Positions 39,401 through 48,694 of a stretch of DNA of 59,160 nt are shown one piece after another. The notes beneath the pieces were generated by a model. It saw only the letters and a list, made by a program, of their open reading frames with translations. It was not told where the DNA came from and did no database searches. Origin of the DNA: a virus (lineage: Duplodnaviria > Caudoviricetes); the IMG/VR virus record IMGVR_UViG_3300042516_004109, positions 1 through 59,160 of that record, one strand, 5' to 3'. The position numbers and the translations under genes were made by a program. Position 1 is the stretch's first letter. Each line of letters starts with the position of its first letter.

Positions 39401-40836
39401 CACAAGGTCCACAGGGACCACAAGGACCACAAGGTTCAATTGGATCAACTGGTGATGTTGGTCCTCAAGGTCCGCAAGGTCCGCAAGGTCCACAGGGTCC
39501 GCAAGGTGCTGGTCCTCAAGGTCCACAAGGACCACAAGGTGATGCGTCAAGTGTTGCTGGTCCGCAAGGTCCACAAGGTCCTCAAGGTGTCACTGGTGCA
39601 CAGGGTCCACAAGGTCCTCAAGGTGTCACTGGTGCACAGGGTCCACAGGGTCCTCAAGGTGTGACTGGTCCACAAGGTCCACAGGGTCCTCAAGGTGTGA
39701 CTGGTCCTCAAGGTCCTCAAGGTGATACAGGTCCACAGGGTCCTCAGGGTCCACAAGGACCACAAGGTGTTAAGGGTGATACTGGTGAATTTGGTGGAGC
39801 AACATTTGATTATGTGTTTAGTGCTAATACAGCAAACACCGATCCAACAGCTGGTTTCGTCAAGTTTAATAATGCAACACTTCTATCTGCAACTGAGATG
39901 TATATTGATAACATCGATCGTTTAAGCGCAAATGTGTTTAATTACCTGAACACAATCGATGACTCAACATCAACAATCAAAGGCACGTTCAAGATTGCAA
40001 ATTCTGCAAACGTTTTAGAATATGCATTTTTCAATATTAACGGTACTCATCTTCATGTTACTGATTGGTTCGTTGTTCCTGTTGCTGGATTGAATACAAC
40101 ACTTGTCGGATCAAACTTCTCAAATAGCACTAATGTCATCATCACATTTGTTCGTACTGGTGATAAAGGTGACGCAGGTCCACAAGGTCCTCAAGGTGTG
40201 ATTGGTCCTCAAGGTCCTCAAGGTCCACAAGGTGTCACTGGTCCACAAGGACCACAAGGTCCGCAAGGTGTCACTGGTCCACAGGGTCCACAGGGTCCAC
40301 AAGGTGTCATTGGTGATACAGGACCACAAGGTCCTCAAGGTGTGATTGGTCCTCAAGGTCCTCAAGGTCCTCAAGGTCCACAAGGTGTCACTGGTCCTCA
40401 AGGTCCACAAGGTCCACAAGGTCCTCAAGGACCACAAGGTCCTCAAGGTCCTCAAGGCAACACAGGTCCAACTGGACCAAATGAAGGTGCAACGCTTAAA
40501 GCTGTAAAAGACTTTATGGTTTCGAATACAAACACTAATGGCGCAAATACTGTCAGTCTTACAACTGCTAACTATTTCCGTCATACATTAACAGCAAATG
40601 TGACATTTACATTCACGGATGCACCAACTTCTGGAACAGGTCAAATGTTCTCGCTATTATTGTCGCAAGATGGAACTGGTGGAAGATTGCCATCATTCTC
40701 CAATACAATTTATTGGGCTGGTGGATCTATTCCTCCTGCGACAACAGATGCAAATGCTCGTGACTTGTGGACATTTATCACATATGATGGTGGTACGACA
40801 TATTGGGGCACTTTGACTATGAAGGACCTTCGATAA
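36421..40836 (+). CDS. Collagen-like fibre with two globular A domains, two cupredoxin-like domains and a C-terminal fibre domain
   Basis: Long (GPQ)n tracts interrupted by duplicated domains; H...CxxHxxM twice. Confidence 0.88.
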   Translation: MTTISVSSTAGPQGPQGPQGSTGPQGPQGPQGSVGPQGPQGPSGSTGPQGPSGAQGAASTVAGPQGPQGPQGVAGPQGPQGPQGVTGAQGPSGPQGVAGPSGPQGDTGPQGPQGVTGAQGPQGATGPQGPQGVTGAQGPQGPQGVTGAQGPSGAQGNQGNQGAQGIQGLTGDTGPQGPQGPQGVAGPQGPQGVAGPQGVAGAQGPSGAQGNQGAQGIQGLTGDTGPQGPQGVAGPSGPSGPQGVAGPQGPSGAQGNQGAQGIQGLTGDTGGQGPSGPSGPSGPQGVAGPQGVAGAQGPQGDTGPSGPSGPQGVAGPQGVAGPQGPQGDTGPQGPSGVSNVPGPQGPQGDTGPQGPQGPQGVTGPQGPSGAKGDQGEFGGATFEYIYLTNTANTDPGVANLKFDNITFSSVSRLYIDFTDLSTANVFNYLQTIDDSTSTIKGTFKVANTANVSEFAYFNINGSHEHVSSYFSVPVAHLSGVTSFSNSTNVIITFVRTGDKGDTGPQGPQGPQGPQGAGPQGPQGPQGPQGPQGPQGPQGPQGPQGVTGARNYTVTNSGASHYVIDGANDPTLYLMRGFTYEFFVSASGHPFWIQTVPAPYSVGNVYSSGVTNNGDDVGTVIFAVPYNAPNTLYYVCQNHSSMSGTIIISDVGPVGPQGPQGVTGDTGNPGPQGPTGPGGNTGAQGPQGVVGPQGPQGPQGPTGADSTVAGPQGPSGPSGAQGNQGAQGIQGLTGDTGPQGPQGPQGPQGPQGDASSVAGPQGPQGPSGAQGNQGAQGSQGIQGLTGDTGPQGPQGPQGDASSVAGPQGPQGPQGSTGDTGPTGPQGPQGPQGAGPQGPQGPQGDASTVAGPQGPQGPQGPQGAASSVAGPQGPQGAIGPQGPQGVTGARTYTVTNVGAGAYSIDGSSNPTLNLLRGFTYEFSISASGHPFWIQTVSGAYSSGNIYSSGITNNGTQVGTLTFAVPYDAPSTLYYVCQFHASMQGVINISDVGPIGPQGPQGPQGPQGSIGSTGDVGPQGPQGPQGPQGPQGAGPQGPQGPQGDASSVAGPQGPQGPQGVTGAQGPQGPQGVTGAQGPQGPQGVTGPQGPQGPQGVTGPQGPQGDTGPQGPQGPQGPQGVKGDTGEFGGATFDYVFSANTANTDPTAGFVKFNNATLLSATEMYIDNIDRLSANVFNYLNTIDDSTSTIKGTFKIANSANVLEYAFFNINGTHLHVTDWFVVPVAGLNTTLVGSNFSNSTNVIITFVRTGDKGDAGPQGPQGVIGPQGPQGPQGVTGPQGPQGPQGVTGPQGPQGPQGVIGDTGPQGPQGVIGPQGPQGPQGPQGVTGPQGPQGPQGPQGPQGPQGPQGNTGPTGPNEGATLKAVKDFMVSNTNTNGANTVSLTTANYFRHTLTANVTFTFTDAPTSGTGQMFSLLLSQDGTGGRLPSFSNTIYWAGGSIPPATTDANARDLWTFITYDGGTTYWGTLTMKDLR

Positions 40837-40840
40837 GTTC

Positions 40841-40848
40841 GATAAATA
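40841..40848 (+). promoter_or_regulatory. Late promoter
   Basis: GATAAATA upstream of 40874. Confidence 0.5.
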
Positions 40849-40873
40849 GATTATATTATTTTATGAGTTTATT

Positions 40874-41869
40874 ATGAAAATACATGTGTTAGCAAATCCG
40901 CGCAATCCTACTGGGTTGATGAATCGCGTTGATCCATTTGCAGTTCATGCACACAAGTATATCAAACATTTGTCTCAACATTTCCATATGATTCATTATG
41001 GAGTTCCAGGCGCACAAGTCGACTGCGAGCATGTCGACATTCCAACAACACCAGTTGAAATTAACGAATTTAATTTGTTAGCAGGTAAAGAGATTCAAGA
41101 GCGAGCAAGCACAGGCGATATTATCGTTTGCTTTTTTGGTGTGGATAATAAAGTTGCTTGTGATATGAATCCTGGATGTAAAATTGTTGAACCATCAATT
41201 GGATATCGCGCCAATGGCGTGTTTGCTCCATATAGAGTATTCACATCATATGCAAACATGCATTATTTTTATGGTGATCGTGACATGTTAATGTCGCCAA
41301 GCTGGTTCGATGATGTAATCGGCAATCCATTTACAGTAAGTGAATTTGAATATAGTGAAAAGAAAGAAGATTATTTCTTGTATTTTGGTAGAGTGTGTGA
41401 AGAAAAAGGTGTACATCTAGCCATTCAAGCAACAGAAAAGATGGGCAAGAAACTCGTCGTCGCTGGTCCTGGATCGTTGCAAGCATTAGGTTATGATAGA
41501 ATACCAAATCACGTTGAAATGTTTGGCGTTGCAAATGCAGAGCAGCGAAAACAATTGATGAAAAATGCAAAGTGTTTGTTTGGACTAACACACTATGTTG
41601 AACCATTTGGTAATATGATCATTGAAGCAAATCTTTCTGGTACACCTGTGATTACAACTGATTGGGGTGCATTTCCAGAGATTGTTCTCGAGGGGAAAAC
41701 AGGATATCGAGTGAGGGATTTCAAATCACTATTAAATGCTATGAATTTAATAGATAAAATAGACTTGTGCGATTGTCGATCATGGGGATTAAATTTCTCT
41801 GACGAAGTTATTCACATGAAGCATAAGCAATACTTAGATAAAGTTATTTTAAATTCATTTTATGCGTAA
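40874..41869 (+). CDS. GT-B glycosyltransferase (GT4-like)
   Basis: YFGRVCEEKG, EPFGNMIIEA..SGTPVITTDWGAFPE. Confidence 0.9.
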   Translation: MKIHVLANPRNPTGLMNRVDPFAVHAHKYIKHLSQHFHMIHYGVPGAQVDCEHVDIPTTPVEINEFNLLAGKEIQERASTGDIIVCFFGVDNKVACDMNPGCKIVEPSIGYRANGVFAPYRVFTSYANMHYFYGDRDMLMSPSWFDDVIGNPFTVSEFEYSEKKEDYFLYFGRVCEEKGVHLAIQATEKMGKKLVVAGPGSLQALGYDRIPNHVEMFGVANAEQRKQLMKNAKCLFGLTHYVEPFGNMIIEANLSGTPVITTDWGAFPEIVLEGKTGYRVRDFKSLLNAMNLIDKIDLCDCRSWGLNFSDEVIHMKHKQYLDKVILNSFYA

Positions 41870-42614
41870 GTTATTTGTAGTTAGTTCTTCTATCGCACCA
41901 AAGCCTGGGACTTTTACATACAGTCCAACTCGCTCTGTTTTTGGAGCAGAGGAACGATTTAGGCAAACAATCTTTACAATCAATTCGATACAAGCAGCAT
42001 TTCCGAATGATAAGATTGTAGTTGTAGACTCGTCAGAAGATTATGCAGATTACATTGTGACATTAAGGCATCTTAAGAATGTTGATTATTTGCCTGTCAA
42101 AGAGTATGCGCCAGAAATCTTTAATCTTGTAAATCACCATCAAAATAAAAGTCTATGTGAGTGCGCACTTTTAAATAGTTACTACAAAACATTTAAAAAC
42201 GAAATTAAAGAATATGACTATGTGATTAAGACAACTGGTAGGTATTTTTACTTCAATTTTAACGATGCATTGTTTACCCCAGAGAATAAAGATAAGATAT
42301 TTTTTAAACGACCATTAAATTTTGAATGGAACGATAATTGGAGATACCAATTTGTAGATTATCGAGCGCAGCAAAACAATAACAGACTGCATCAATATTG
42401 CACCGTGTTATATGGATTTGGTATTCATCAATTTGACAAGTTTATAGACATGAATGATGCAGTTATTAATCTATTAGACAATGAAAAGATGGCGCATTAT
42501 GACATTGAAACTTTGTCATATTACTTTACGAGACCATTCGAAAAGGATATAATTGAGACTGATTGGATAGTTTCAGGGTGGGATGGTACCTCAGCACGAT
42601 TTATGTACTACTAG
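41862..42614 (+). CDS. Hypothetical, possible GT-A-like protein
   Basis: ER..QT..TI.SI, VVVDSS, IKTTGRY; sits among glycosyltransferases. Confidence 0.45.
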   Translation: MRKLFVVSSSIAPKPGTFTYSPTRSVFGAEERFRQTIFTINSIQAAFPNDKIVVVDSSEDYADYIVTLRHLKNVDYLPVKEYAPEIFNLVNHHQNKSLCECALLNSYYKTFKNEIKEYDYVIKTTGRYFYFNFNDALFTPENKDKIFFKRPLNFEWNDNWRYQFVDYRAQQNNNRLHQYCTVLYGFGIHQFDKFIDMNDAVINLLDNEKMAHYDIETLSYYFTRPFEKDIIETDWIVSGWDGTSARFMYY

Positions 42615-42621
42615 GTGACAA

Positions 42622-43179
42622 ATGAAAACTACTTTAATTATTGTTGACGACTTTTATCAAAACCCTGATCAAGTAAGAGCATATGCTTTGTCTCAGCCCT
42701 TCGAAGTCTCTGGAAACTATCCTGGAGTTCGAACAAAGCCATGGCTTCCTGATGATTTAAGGAATTCTCTTCAATACATTATACAAAATGCGGGTGGTCA
42801 GATTACCAATTGGTTTGAAGAATCTGGATATACTGGTGCGTTTCAAATATGTACTGCTCAAGACAGAACATGGATTCATGCTGATAGTTTTAATACTTGG
42901 GCAGCTGTTTGTTATCTGACACCAGATGCACCACTTTCTTCTGGAACTGCCTTGTATCGATGGAAAGAAACAAAAGAATATGAAAGGATCGATCGCGATG
43001 CACCATATCATAATGGATACGATTACACTAAATGGGAAAAGACAGATTATGTTGCAAACAAATATAATCGAATTGTGCTGTATCGTGGAAACTTATATCA
43101 TGCATCGTTAGACTATTTTGGCAATAATTATCAAAATGGTCGATTGTTTCAAACCTTTTTCTTTAATACAGAGTACTGA
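42622..43179 (+). CDS. 2OG-Fe(II) oxygenase-like protein (DUF6445-like)
   Basis: IIVDDFY.NPD, WIHAD, YLTP....SGT, NR.VLY....YH, R..Q.FF. Confidence 0.75.
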   Translation: MKTTLIIVDDFYQNPDQVRAYALSQPFEVSGNYPGVRTKPWLPDDLRNSLQYIIQNAGGQITNWFEESGYTGAFQICTAQDRTWIHADSFNTWAAVCYLTPDAPLSSGTALYRWKETKEYERIDRDAPYHNGYDYTKWEKTDYVANKYNRIVLYRGNLYHASLDYFGNNYQNGRLFQTFFFNTEY

Positions 43180-43925
43180 TGAAGATCTTACATGTAATAT
43201 TCTCTACGAATCGAATCAAGTATCTGATGCCGACTCTAGAGTCTCTAAAAAATCTAGATTATGGCAATCATACAGTTGATAAATTAATTATCGACGATTA
43301 CCCAAGAAATAGAAATCCTGCCATATTTGACCTAATCTCAAAGGTTTATGGTTTTAATTTACGATTTAACGAGACTAACTTGGGTCTATCGGTTAATTGG
43401 AGCGCGTTCTTCGATTGGTTAAAAACACAAGATTATGACTATATCTTACATCAAGAGGACGATGTTCTATTGACGAGTCCGATTCGAATTGACGACTTGA
43501 TAACTATTCTAGAATCAGATGAAAAAATGGCTTCAGTCGTTCTTCAGCGTCAATCATGGTACTTTCATGAAACTGAACCCGTAATCGATGTTACCGATGT
43601 TAAAATTGGAAACTATTACTATAGCCAAAATGTAAAAACTTTTCCAATCATATTCTCGCTCTATCGTAAAAATGTGATCGAATATTCGTTTAGAGATTAC
43701 TGGAAATTTAATGTAAACGAAGGAATGATCATGGTTTATCTAAATTTCTTCCATCAAATGTATTCTGCAACTTTAAAGGGTCCAGAAGGTCAAAATTTAA
43801 TCGTTCATATCGGAGAAGAGACTGTTGGTAAACGACTCGAGCCAGGAGAGCCAAACTGGGAGCAATTCTCTCATATGGACCCAAATCGAGTTTATAACTC
43901 TCGAAATGGTAAATTAATCGAGTGA
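43179..43925 (+). CDS. GT-A glycosyltransferase (GT2-like)
   Basis: NR..YL..TLES, IIDD, N.G, YILHQEDD, HIG. Confidence 0.8.
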   Translation: MKILHVIFSTNRIKYLMPTLESLKNLDYGNHTVDKLIIDDYPRNRNPAIFDLISKVYGFNLRFNETNLGLSVNWSAFFDWLKTQDYDYILHQEDDVLLTSPIRIDDLITILESDEKMASVVLQRQSWYFHETEPVIDVTDVKIGNYYYSQNVKTFPIIFSLYRKNVIEYSFRDYWKFNVNEGMIMVYLNFFHQMYSATLKGPEGQNLIVHIGEETVGKRLEPGEPNWEQFSHMDPNRVYNSRNGKLIE

Positions 43926-43932
43926 CTAAATA
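43925..43932 (+). promoter_or_regulatory. Late promoter
   Basis: ACTAAATA upstream of gp13. Confidence 0.65.
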
Positions 43933-43955
43933 TAGAATACTTAGAGAGGTTCTAA

Positions 43956-44714
43956 ATGTCGCAACCTAGCACTCGAACTCAACTTAAAGATTACTGTCTC
44001 CGTAAACTCGGATTTCCTGTAATTGACATCAATGTCGATGACGATCAACTCGAAGATCGAATCGATGATGCACTGCAGCATTATTCAACATATCATTATG
44101 ATGGTACAGAAAGAGTATATTTGTCACAGGCTATAACAAATGCCGATAAACTAAATGGATACTTGAAACTATGTGATAATATTGTTAGTGTGTCAAGAGT
44201 ATTTGCATTTACAGGTTCAACTGTGGGTTCAACATCTTCGACTGGTTTTAATATGTTTGATATTAATTATCAGTTGCGTCTCAACGATTTCTATAATCTA
44301 ACATCATCATCCTATACCTACTTTGTTATCGCTCAAGAACATTTAGCAATGTTAGATATGATTATAACAGGTCAGATGCCATACACATATAATAAAAATG
44401 TAAACAGACTTACCGTAATTACTGATTGGGATAGATTTGATGTTGGCAATTTTATGGCATTTGAGGCTCATAGAATTGTAGATCCAGAAACATATGAGAA
44501 AGTATACAATGATATATGGGTAAAAGAGTACACAGCTACATTGTTTAAGCAACAATGGGGCACTAATCTAAAGAAGTATGGAAATTATGTTCTTCCAGGT
44601 GGTTTGGTTATCAACGGTCAGCAAATTTATGATGAAGCATCAGCAGAGTTAGAAAAACTAAATGAAAAACTTCGTGATACTTACGAAGAACCAACTGCAT
44701 TTTTAGTAGGCTAA
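43956..44714 (+). CDS. gp13: Neck protein
   Basis: YCLRKLG.PVI.INV..DQ, K.QWG.NL.K, LPGG...NG. Confidence 0.95.
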   Translation: MSQPSTRTQLKDYCLRKLGFPVIDINVDDDQLEDRIDDALQHYSTYHYDGTERVYLSQAITNADKLNGYLKLCDNIVSVSRVFAFTGSTVGSTSSTGFNMFDINYQLRLNDFYNLTSSSYTYFVIAQEHLAMLDMIITGQMPYTYNKNVNRLTVITDWDRFDVGNFMAFEAHRIVDPETYEKVYNDIWVKEYTATLFKQQWGTNLKKYGNYVLPGGLVINGQQIYDEASAELEKLNEKLRDTYEEPTAFLVG

Positions 44715-44715
44715 A

Positions 44716-45603
44716 ATGGCAACTAGTGTATATTTTAATAATCAACGAGCAACCGTTGAGCAAAATCTTCTTGAAGATTTGATTATAGAATCAATTAAGA
44801 ATCATGGTATAGATGTTTACTATCTTCCTAGAGAATCACAATCATCAATTGATGAACTTTTTGGTGACGATCCAGTAAAATATTTTCGAAAAGCAATTAA
44901 GTTAGAGATGTATCTTGAATCTTTTCAAAATTATGAAGGTAATCAAGAATTTTTCTCTAAATTTGGTCTCGAAATTCAAGATACTGCTCGCCTTTGCGTT
45001 GCTCGAAGAAGATTTGAGCGTCAAGTTGCTTCAGTAATGGGTGCTGATCGAAGACTTCCAAAAGAAGGCGACCTAATTTATCTACCAATTCAATTTAAAT
45101 TGATGGAGATTAAGTTTGTTCAAGAAGAAAAAAACTTCTTTCAATTAGGTAGAGATTCTATCAATCCATACATGTATGGATTAACTGTAGAAGCATTTAA
45201 GTATAATGGAGAGCTGCTACAAACTGGAACAGAAGAAATTGATCGTATTGCAGATCTACAAAGTAATGTTCTAGAATTAAATTTAAACGCTGGTGGCACA
45301 GGCACTTTCCAACGCTTTGAGGTTGTATATCAAGGGTCTAATCTTGCAACTGCGACAGCGAAAGCAATTGTTGCTGGTTGGAATCTACCGACACAAAAAT
45401 TAAAAGTAAGAAATGTAAAAGGCGCATTTGTAGGTGGCACTTTAGTTAAAGGCTCAACAAGTAATGCTCAGTGGACTCTAAACGGAGCACCAGATTTACT
45501 TAACAATGTTAATGTAGGAAATATTGAAGATAATGATATACTTGAATCAGAAGCTGATGGAATTATAGATTTTACTGAGATTAATCCATTTGGTGAACCA
45601 TAA
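44716..45603 (+). CDS. gp14: Neck protein
   Basis: E.I...G.DVYYLPR, SKFGL, P.EGDLIY, DFTE.NPFG. Confidence 0.95.
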   Translation: MATSVYFNNQRATVEQNLLEDLIIESIKNHGIDVYYLPRESQSSIDELFGDDPVKYFRKAIKLEMYLESFQNYEGNQEFFSKFGLEIQDTARLCVARRRFERQVASVMGADRRLPKEGDLIYLPIQFKLMEIKFVQEEKNFFQLGRDSINPYMYGLTVEAFKYNGELLQTGTEEIDRIADLQSNVLELNLNAGGTGTFQRFEVVYQGSNLATATAKAIVAGWNLPTQKLKVRNVKGAFVGGTLVKGSTSNAQWTLNGAPDLLNNVNVGNIEDNDILESEADGIIDFTEINPFGEP

Positions 45604-46604
45604 TGTTATCTAATATTCACTTTTATCATCGTATAACTCGTAAAATGGTTGTTGCGTTTGGCACATTATTTAATAATATTCGTTTGGTTCGTTATAATAA
45701 GGCAGGAACTCAAGAAATTGAACGAATTAATGTTCCGTTGCAATACTCACAAAAAGAAAAGTTTTATCAACGCATAACGCAAGATCCAGAACTTACAAAA
45801 GAAGTTCAAATCACATTACCAAGAATGTCATTTGATTTAACATCAATAACATATGACCCAATGAGAAAAAGAAGTTTGTTTACTGAATCTTTTTCTCCCG
45901 AGACACAAACAACAATAAAGTCGATTCGCACAACTCCATATAATTTTGATTTTGAATTAAATATCTATGTTCGTAACACTGAAGATGGCACTCAAATTAT
46001 TGAACAAATTTTACCATTCTTTAATCCAGACTACAATGTAACAATTGATGTTATAGGATTATCAGATCAAAAAGTTGATGTTCCATTTATATTGCAAAAC
46101 ATCTCATACAATGTTGACAGTGTTGGCGCACCAGATACAACAAGAATGATAATATGGACATTAACATTTACAGCAAAGGGTTATATGTTTGGTCCAATCC
46201 TATCTCGTAATATCATTCGAAAGTCTACTGCAAATACATTCAATTCAATTTTTGAATTAGATGGTCTTCGTGAATTGACTATGAATGCAAATAGTGGCGT
46301 AGGAAACTATCAAACTGGGGAAGTAGTGTTTGAGGGTCGATCATTAGATGCAGCAAATTCAACTGCAACAGTTAGTAGTTGGAGTAATACAACCAAAGTT
46401 CTTGTTGTATCTGATGTTAATGGAGTTCTTGAAACAGGAAGAAATCTAACTGGCATAATTACAAATACATCATATAAAATACAATCATTTAGCACAGCAG
46501 AAAATCAATTAGTTAATCTCTCAGTGGTTCCAACGCCAAATAATGCAAGTGCTCAAACTGCGTTTGGATTTGATGAAACAGTTATTGAGTTTCCAAATTT
46601 ATAA
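45603..46604 (+). CDS. gp15: Tail sheath stabilizer/terminator
   Basis: FYH...RK.VVAFGTLFN, LPRMSF, QIIEQILP.F.P. Confidence 0.95.
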   Translation: MLSNIHFYHRITRKMVVAFGTLFNNIRLVRYNKAGTQEIERINVPLQYSQKEKFYQRITQDPELTKEVQITLPRMSFDLTSITYDPMRKRSLFTESFSPETQTTIKSIRTTPYNFDFELNIYVRNTEDGTQIIEQILPFFNPDYNVTIDVIGLSDQKVDVPFILQNISYNVDSVGAPDTTRMIIWTLTFTAKGYMFGPILSRNIIRKSTANTFNSIFELDGLRELTMNANSGVGNYQTGEVVFEGRSLDAANSTATVSSWSNTTKVLVVSDVNGVLETGRNLTGIITNTSYKIQSFSTAENQLVNLSVVPTPNNASAQTAFGFDETVIEFPNL

Positions 46605-46610
46605 AATAAT

Positions 46611-47012
46611 ATGAGTGAAGTTGATAAAAATCTCTCTAATATTCTAAACACTGACTATATTCCTGTAGTAAGTGATAAAGAAACTAAATCGATGATTGTT
46701 CATCAAGATGATTCACAAAATCCTGATGCAGATTACTCGCGTTCTAATTATTACAACCTTATCGAAAGGGGTAATGAGGCTTTGGATGGTATTCTTGAGG
46801 TAGCGAGAGAATCACAACATCCACGAGCATACGAAGTAGCAGCCAACATGATTAAGAATCTCTCTGATGTCACAGAGAAACTTATGATTCTTCAACGGCA
46901 ACAACAAGAATTGCAACCAAAAGAGCAAGCACCAACAAATATTGCAATTGATAAAGCAGTGTTCATTGGATCTACAGCAGATCTATTGAAGCAAATAAAA
47001 AATGAATCTTAG
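46611..47012 (+). CDS. gp16: Terminase small subunit
   Basis: DY.R.N, HPRAYEV, FIGSTADL. Confidence 0.93.
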   Translation: MSEVDKNLSNILNTDYIPVVSDKETKSMIVHQDDSQNPDADYSRSNYYNLIERGNEALDGILEVARESQHPRAYEVAANMIKNLSDVTEKLMILQRQQQELQPKEQAPTNIAIDKAVFIGSTADLLKQIKNES

Positions 47013-48633
47013 ATCTAAACTAAAGCATTATCTTGGGAATCCCTCTTTAAAACGGGTGAATATGCCAATGCAGCTCACGGAAGAACAAATCCGCGAGTAT
47101 GTTAAATGCTCAAAAGATCCAATCTACTTTATCGAAAACTATGTAAAGATTATTACTCTTGACAAGGGTTTTGTGCAGATATCTTTGTATCCATTCCAAA
47201 AACAAGCAATTACAGATATTAATGATAATCGCCGCGTTATAGTAAAGGCAGGTCGTCAGGTCGGTAAGACTACGATGGTCGTTGGATATATCCTTTGGTA
47301 TATTCTGTTTAATCAAGATAAATTTGTGGCTATCTTGGCAAATAAAGCACCAACAGCTCGCGAAATCTTAAACAGAGTTAAAATTGCGTATGAAGCATTA
47401 CCACTTTGGATACAACAGGGTGTAAAAGTATGGAACAAAGGTGACATTGAACTAGAAAATAACTGTCGTATAATGGCAACCTCTACTGCGTCAAGTGCGA
47501 TTCGTGGTTACTCTATCTCGTTGCTATATCTTGACGAGTTCGCATTCGTGCCAAGTAATATTGCTGATGAGTTCTTCACCTCTGTATACCCAACTATCTC
47601 TTCTGGTACACAGTCTAAAATTCTAATTTCTTCCACGCCAAATGGAATGAATCATTTTTACAGAATGTGGACTGAAGCAGTTGAAGGGCAAAGTGGATTT
47701 AAACATATTGAAGCCAACTGGCGACAGGTTCCAGGTCGTGATCAAGCATGGGCAGATGATCAAAGACGCATTCTTAAAGACGAAAAGTTTTTGCAGGAAA
47801 TGGAATGCGAGTTTATGGGGTCGGCAGGTACATTACTTTCTTCTGCAGCCTTGAAGTCCCTTGCATTTGTAAAACCAATACATCTTTCGGAAAATGGAAT
47901 TAAAGTTTATCAAGCTCCGATTCCAGAGCACAATTATGTAATTATTGCTGATACTGCTCGTGGTAGAGGACTTGACTATTCTGCATTTAGTGTTATCGAT
48001 GTTACAAGTATACCATATAAACAAGTTTGTACATATAAAGATAACAACATCAGTCCTATTGTGTATCCATCAATTATTAGGCGTATGGGTGAATATTATA
48101 ACTCAGCGTATGTATTGATTGAAATTAATGATAATGGTCAGCAAGTCGTCGATTCTTTATTTGATGAGTATGAGTATGAAAATATTCTTTCTACAGTAGA
48201 GATTAAAGGAAAGATTGCAGTTACATGGGGATACGGAAACAAGTCCTACCGAGGAGTTCGAACTACAAAATCTGTAAAGAGACTCGGTTGTTCTATCATG
48301 AAGAATCTTATAGAAGCGCAACAGCTCATTATACAAGATTTTGATACAATATCAGAACTTTCGACCTTTATATCGAATGGAACAAGTTTTGAGGCTGCAG
48401 AAGGAAGTCATGACGATCTTGTTATGACTCTTGTTTTATTTGCATGGTTAACCAATCAAAAATTCTTCTCTGAGTTAACAAATACTGACATCAGATTAAA
48501 ATTGTATGAAGAACAGATGAAACAGATCGAAGAGGAGAGACTTCCTACATTTTTGGGTGGACATATCGATGTTGATCAAAATGACGGAAGTTATCTAGAA
48601 AATGGTGATATTTGGACGCCAGTAAATCACTAA
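47002..48633 (+). CDS. gp17: Terminase large subunit
   Basis: RQVGKTT Walker A, YLDEFAF Walker B, SSTPNG, DTARG.G.DYS, HDDLVM. Confidence 0.97.
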   Translation: MNLRSKLKHYLGNPSLKRVNMPMQLTEEQIREYVKCSKDPIYFIENYVKIITLDKGFVQISLYPFQKQAITDINDNRRVIVKAGRQVGKTTMVVGYILWYILFNQDKFVAILANKAPTAREILNRVKIAYEALPLWIQQGVKVWNKGDIELENNCRIMATSTASSAIRGYSISLLYLDEFAFVPSNIADEFFTSVYPTISSGTQSKILISSTPNGMNHFYRMWTEAVEGQSGFKHIEANWRQVPGRDQAWADDQRRILKDEKFLQEMECEFMGSAGTLLSSAALKSLAFVKPIHLSENGIKVYQAPIPEHNYVIIADTARGRGLDYSAFSVIDVTSIPYKQVCTYKDNNISPIVYPSIIRRMGEYYNSAYVLIEINDNGQQVVDSLFDEYEYENILSTVEIKGKIAVTWGYGNKSYRGVRTTKSVKRLGCSIMKNLIEAQQLIIQDFDTISELSTFISNGTSFEAAEGSHDDLVMTLVLFAWLTNQKFFSELTNTDIRLKLYEEQMKQIEEERLPTFLGGHIDVDQNDGSYLENGDIWTPVNH

Positions 48634-48645
48634 AAACCTCATTTT

Positions 48646-48653
48646 ACTAAATA
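48646..48653 (+). promoter_or_regulatory. Late promoter
   Basis: ACTAAATA upstream of gp18. Confidence 0.7.
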
Positions 48654-48694
48654 AACCGTATATTTCTTAATCTCCATTTAACAGGAGCAAAAAC

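Noticed and set aside
36595-40584. Many alternative-frame ORFs (LVHKV, DLVD, TLWT repeats)
   Set aside because: Shadows of GGT-CCA-CAA collagen codons
40829-40857. Possible sigma70 promoter and TTCGATAA duplication before the GT4 gene
   Set aside because: -35 match is poor; an 8-bp duplication in AT-rich DNA is weak evidence
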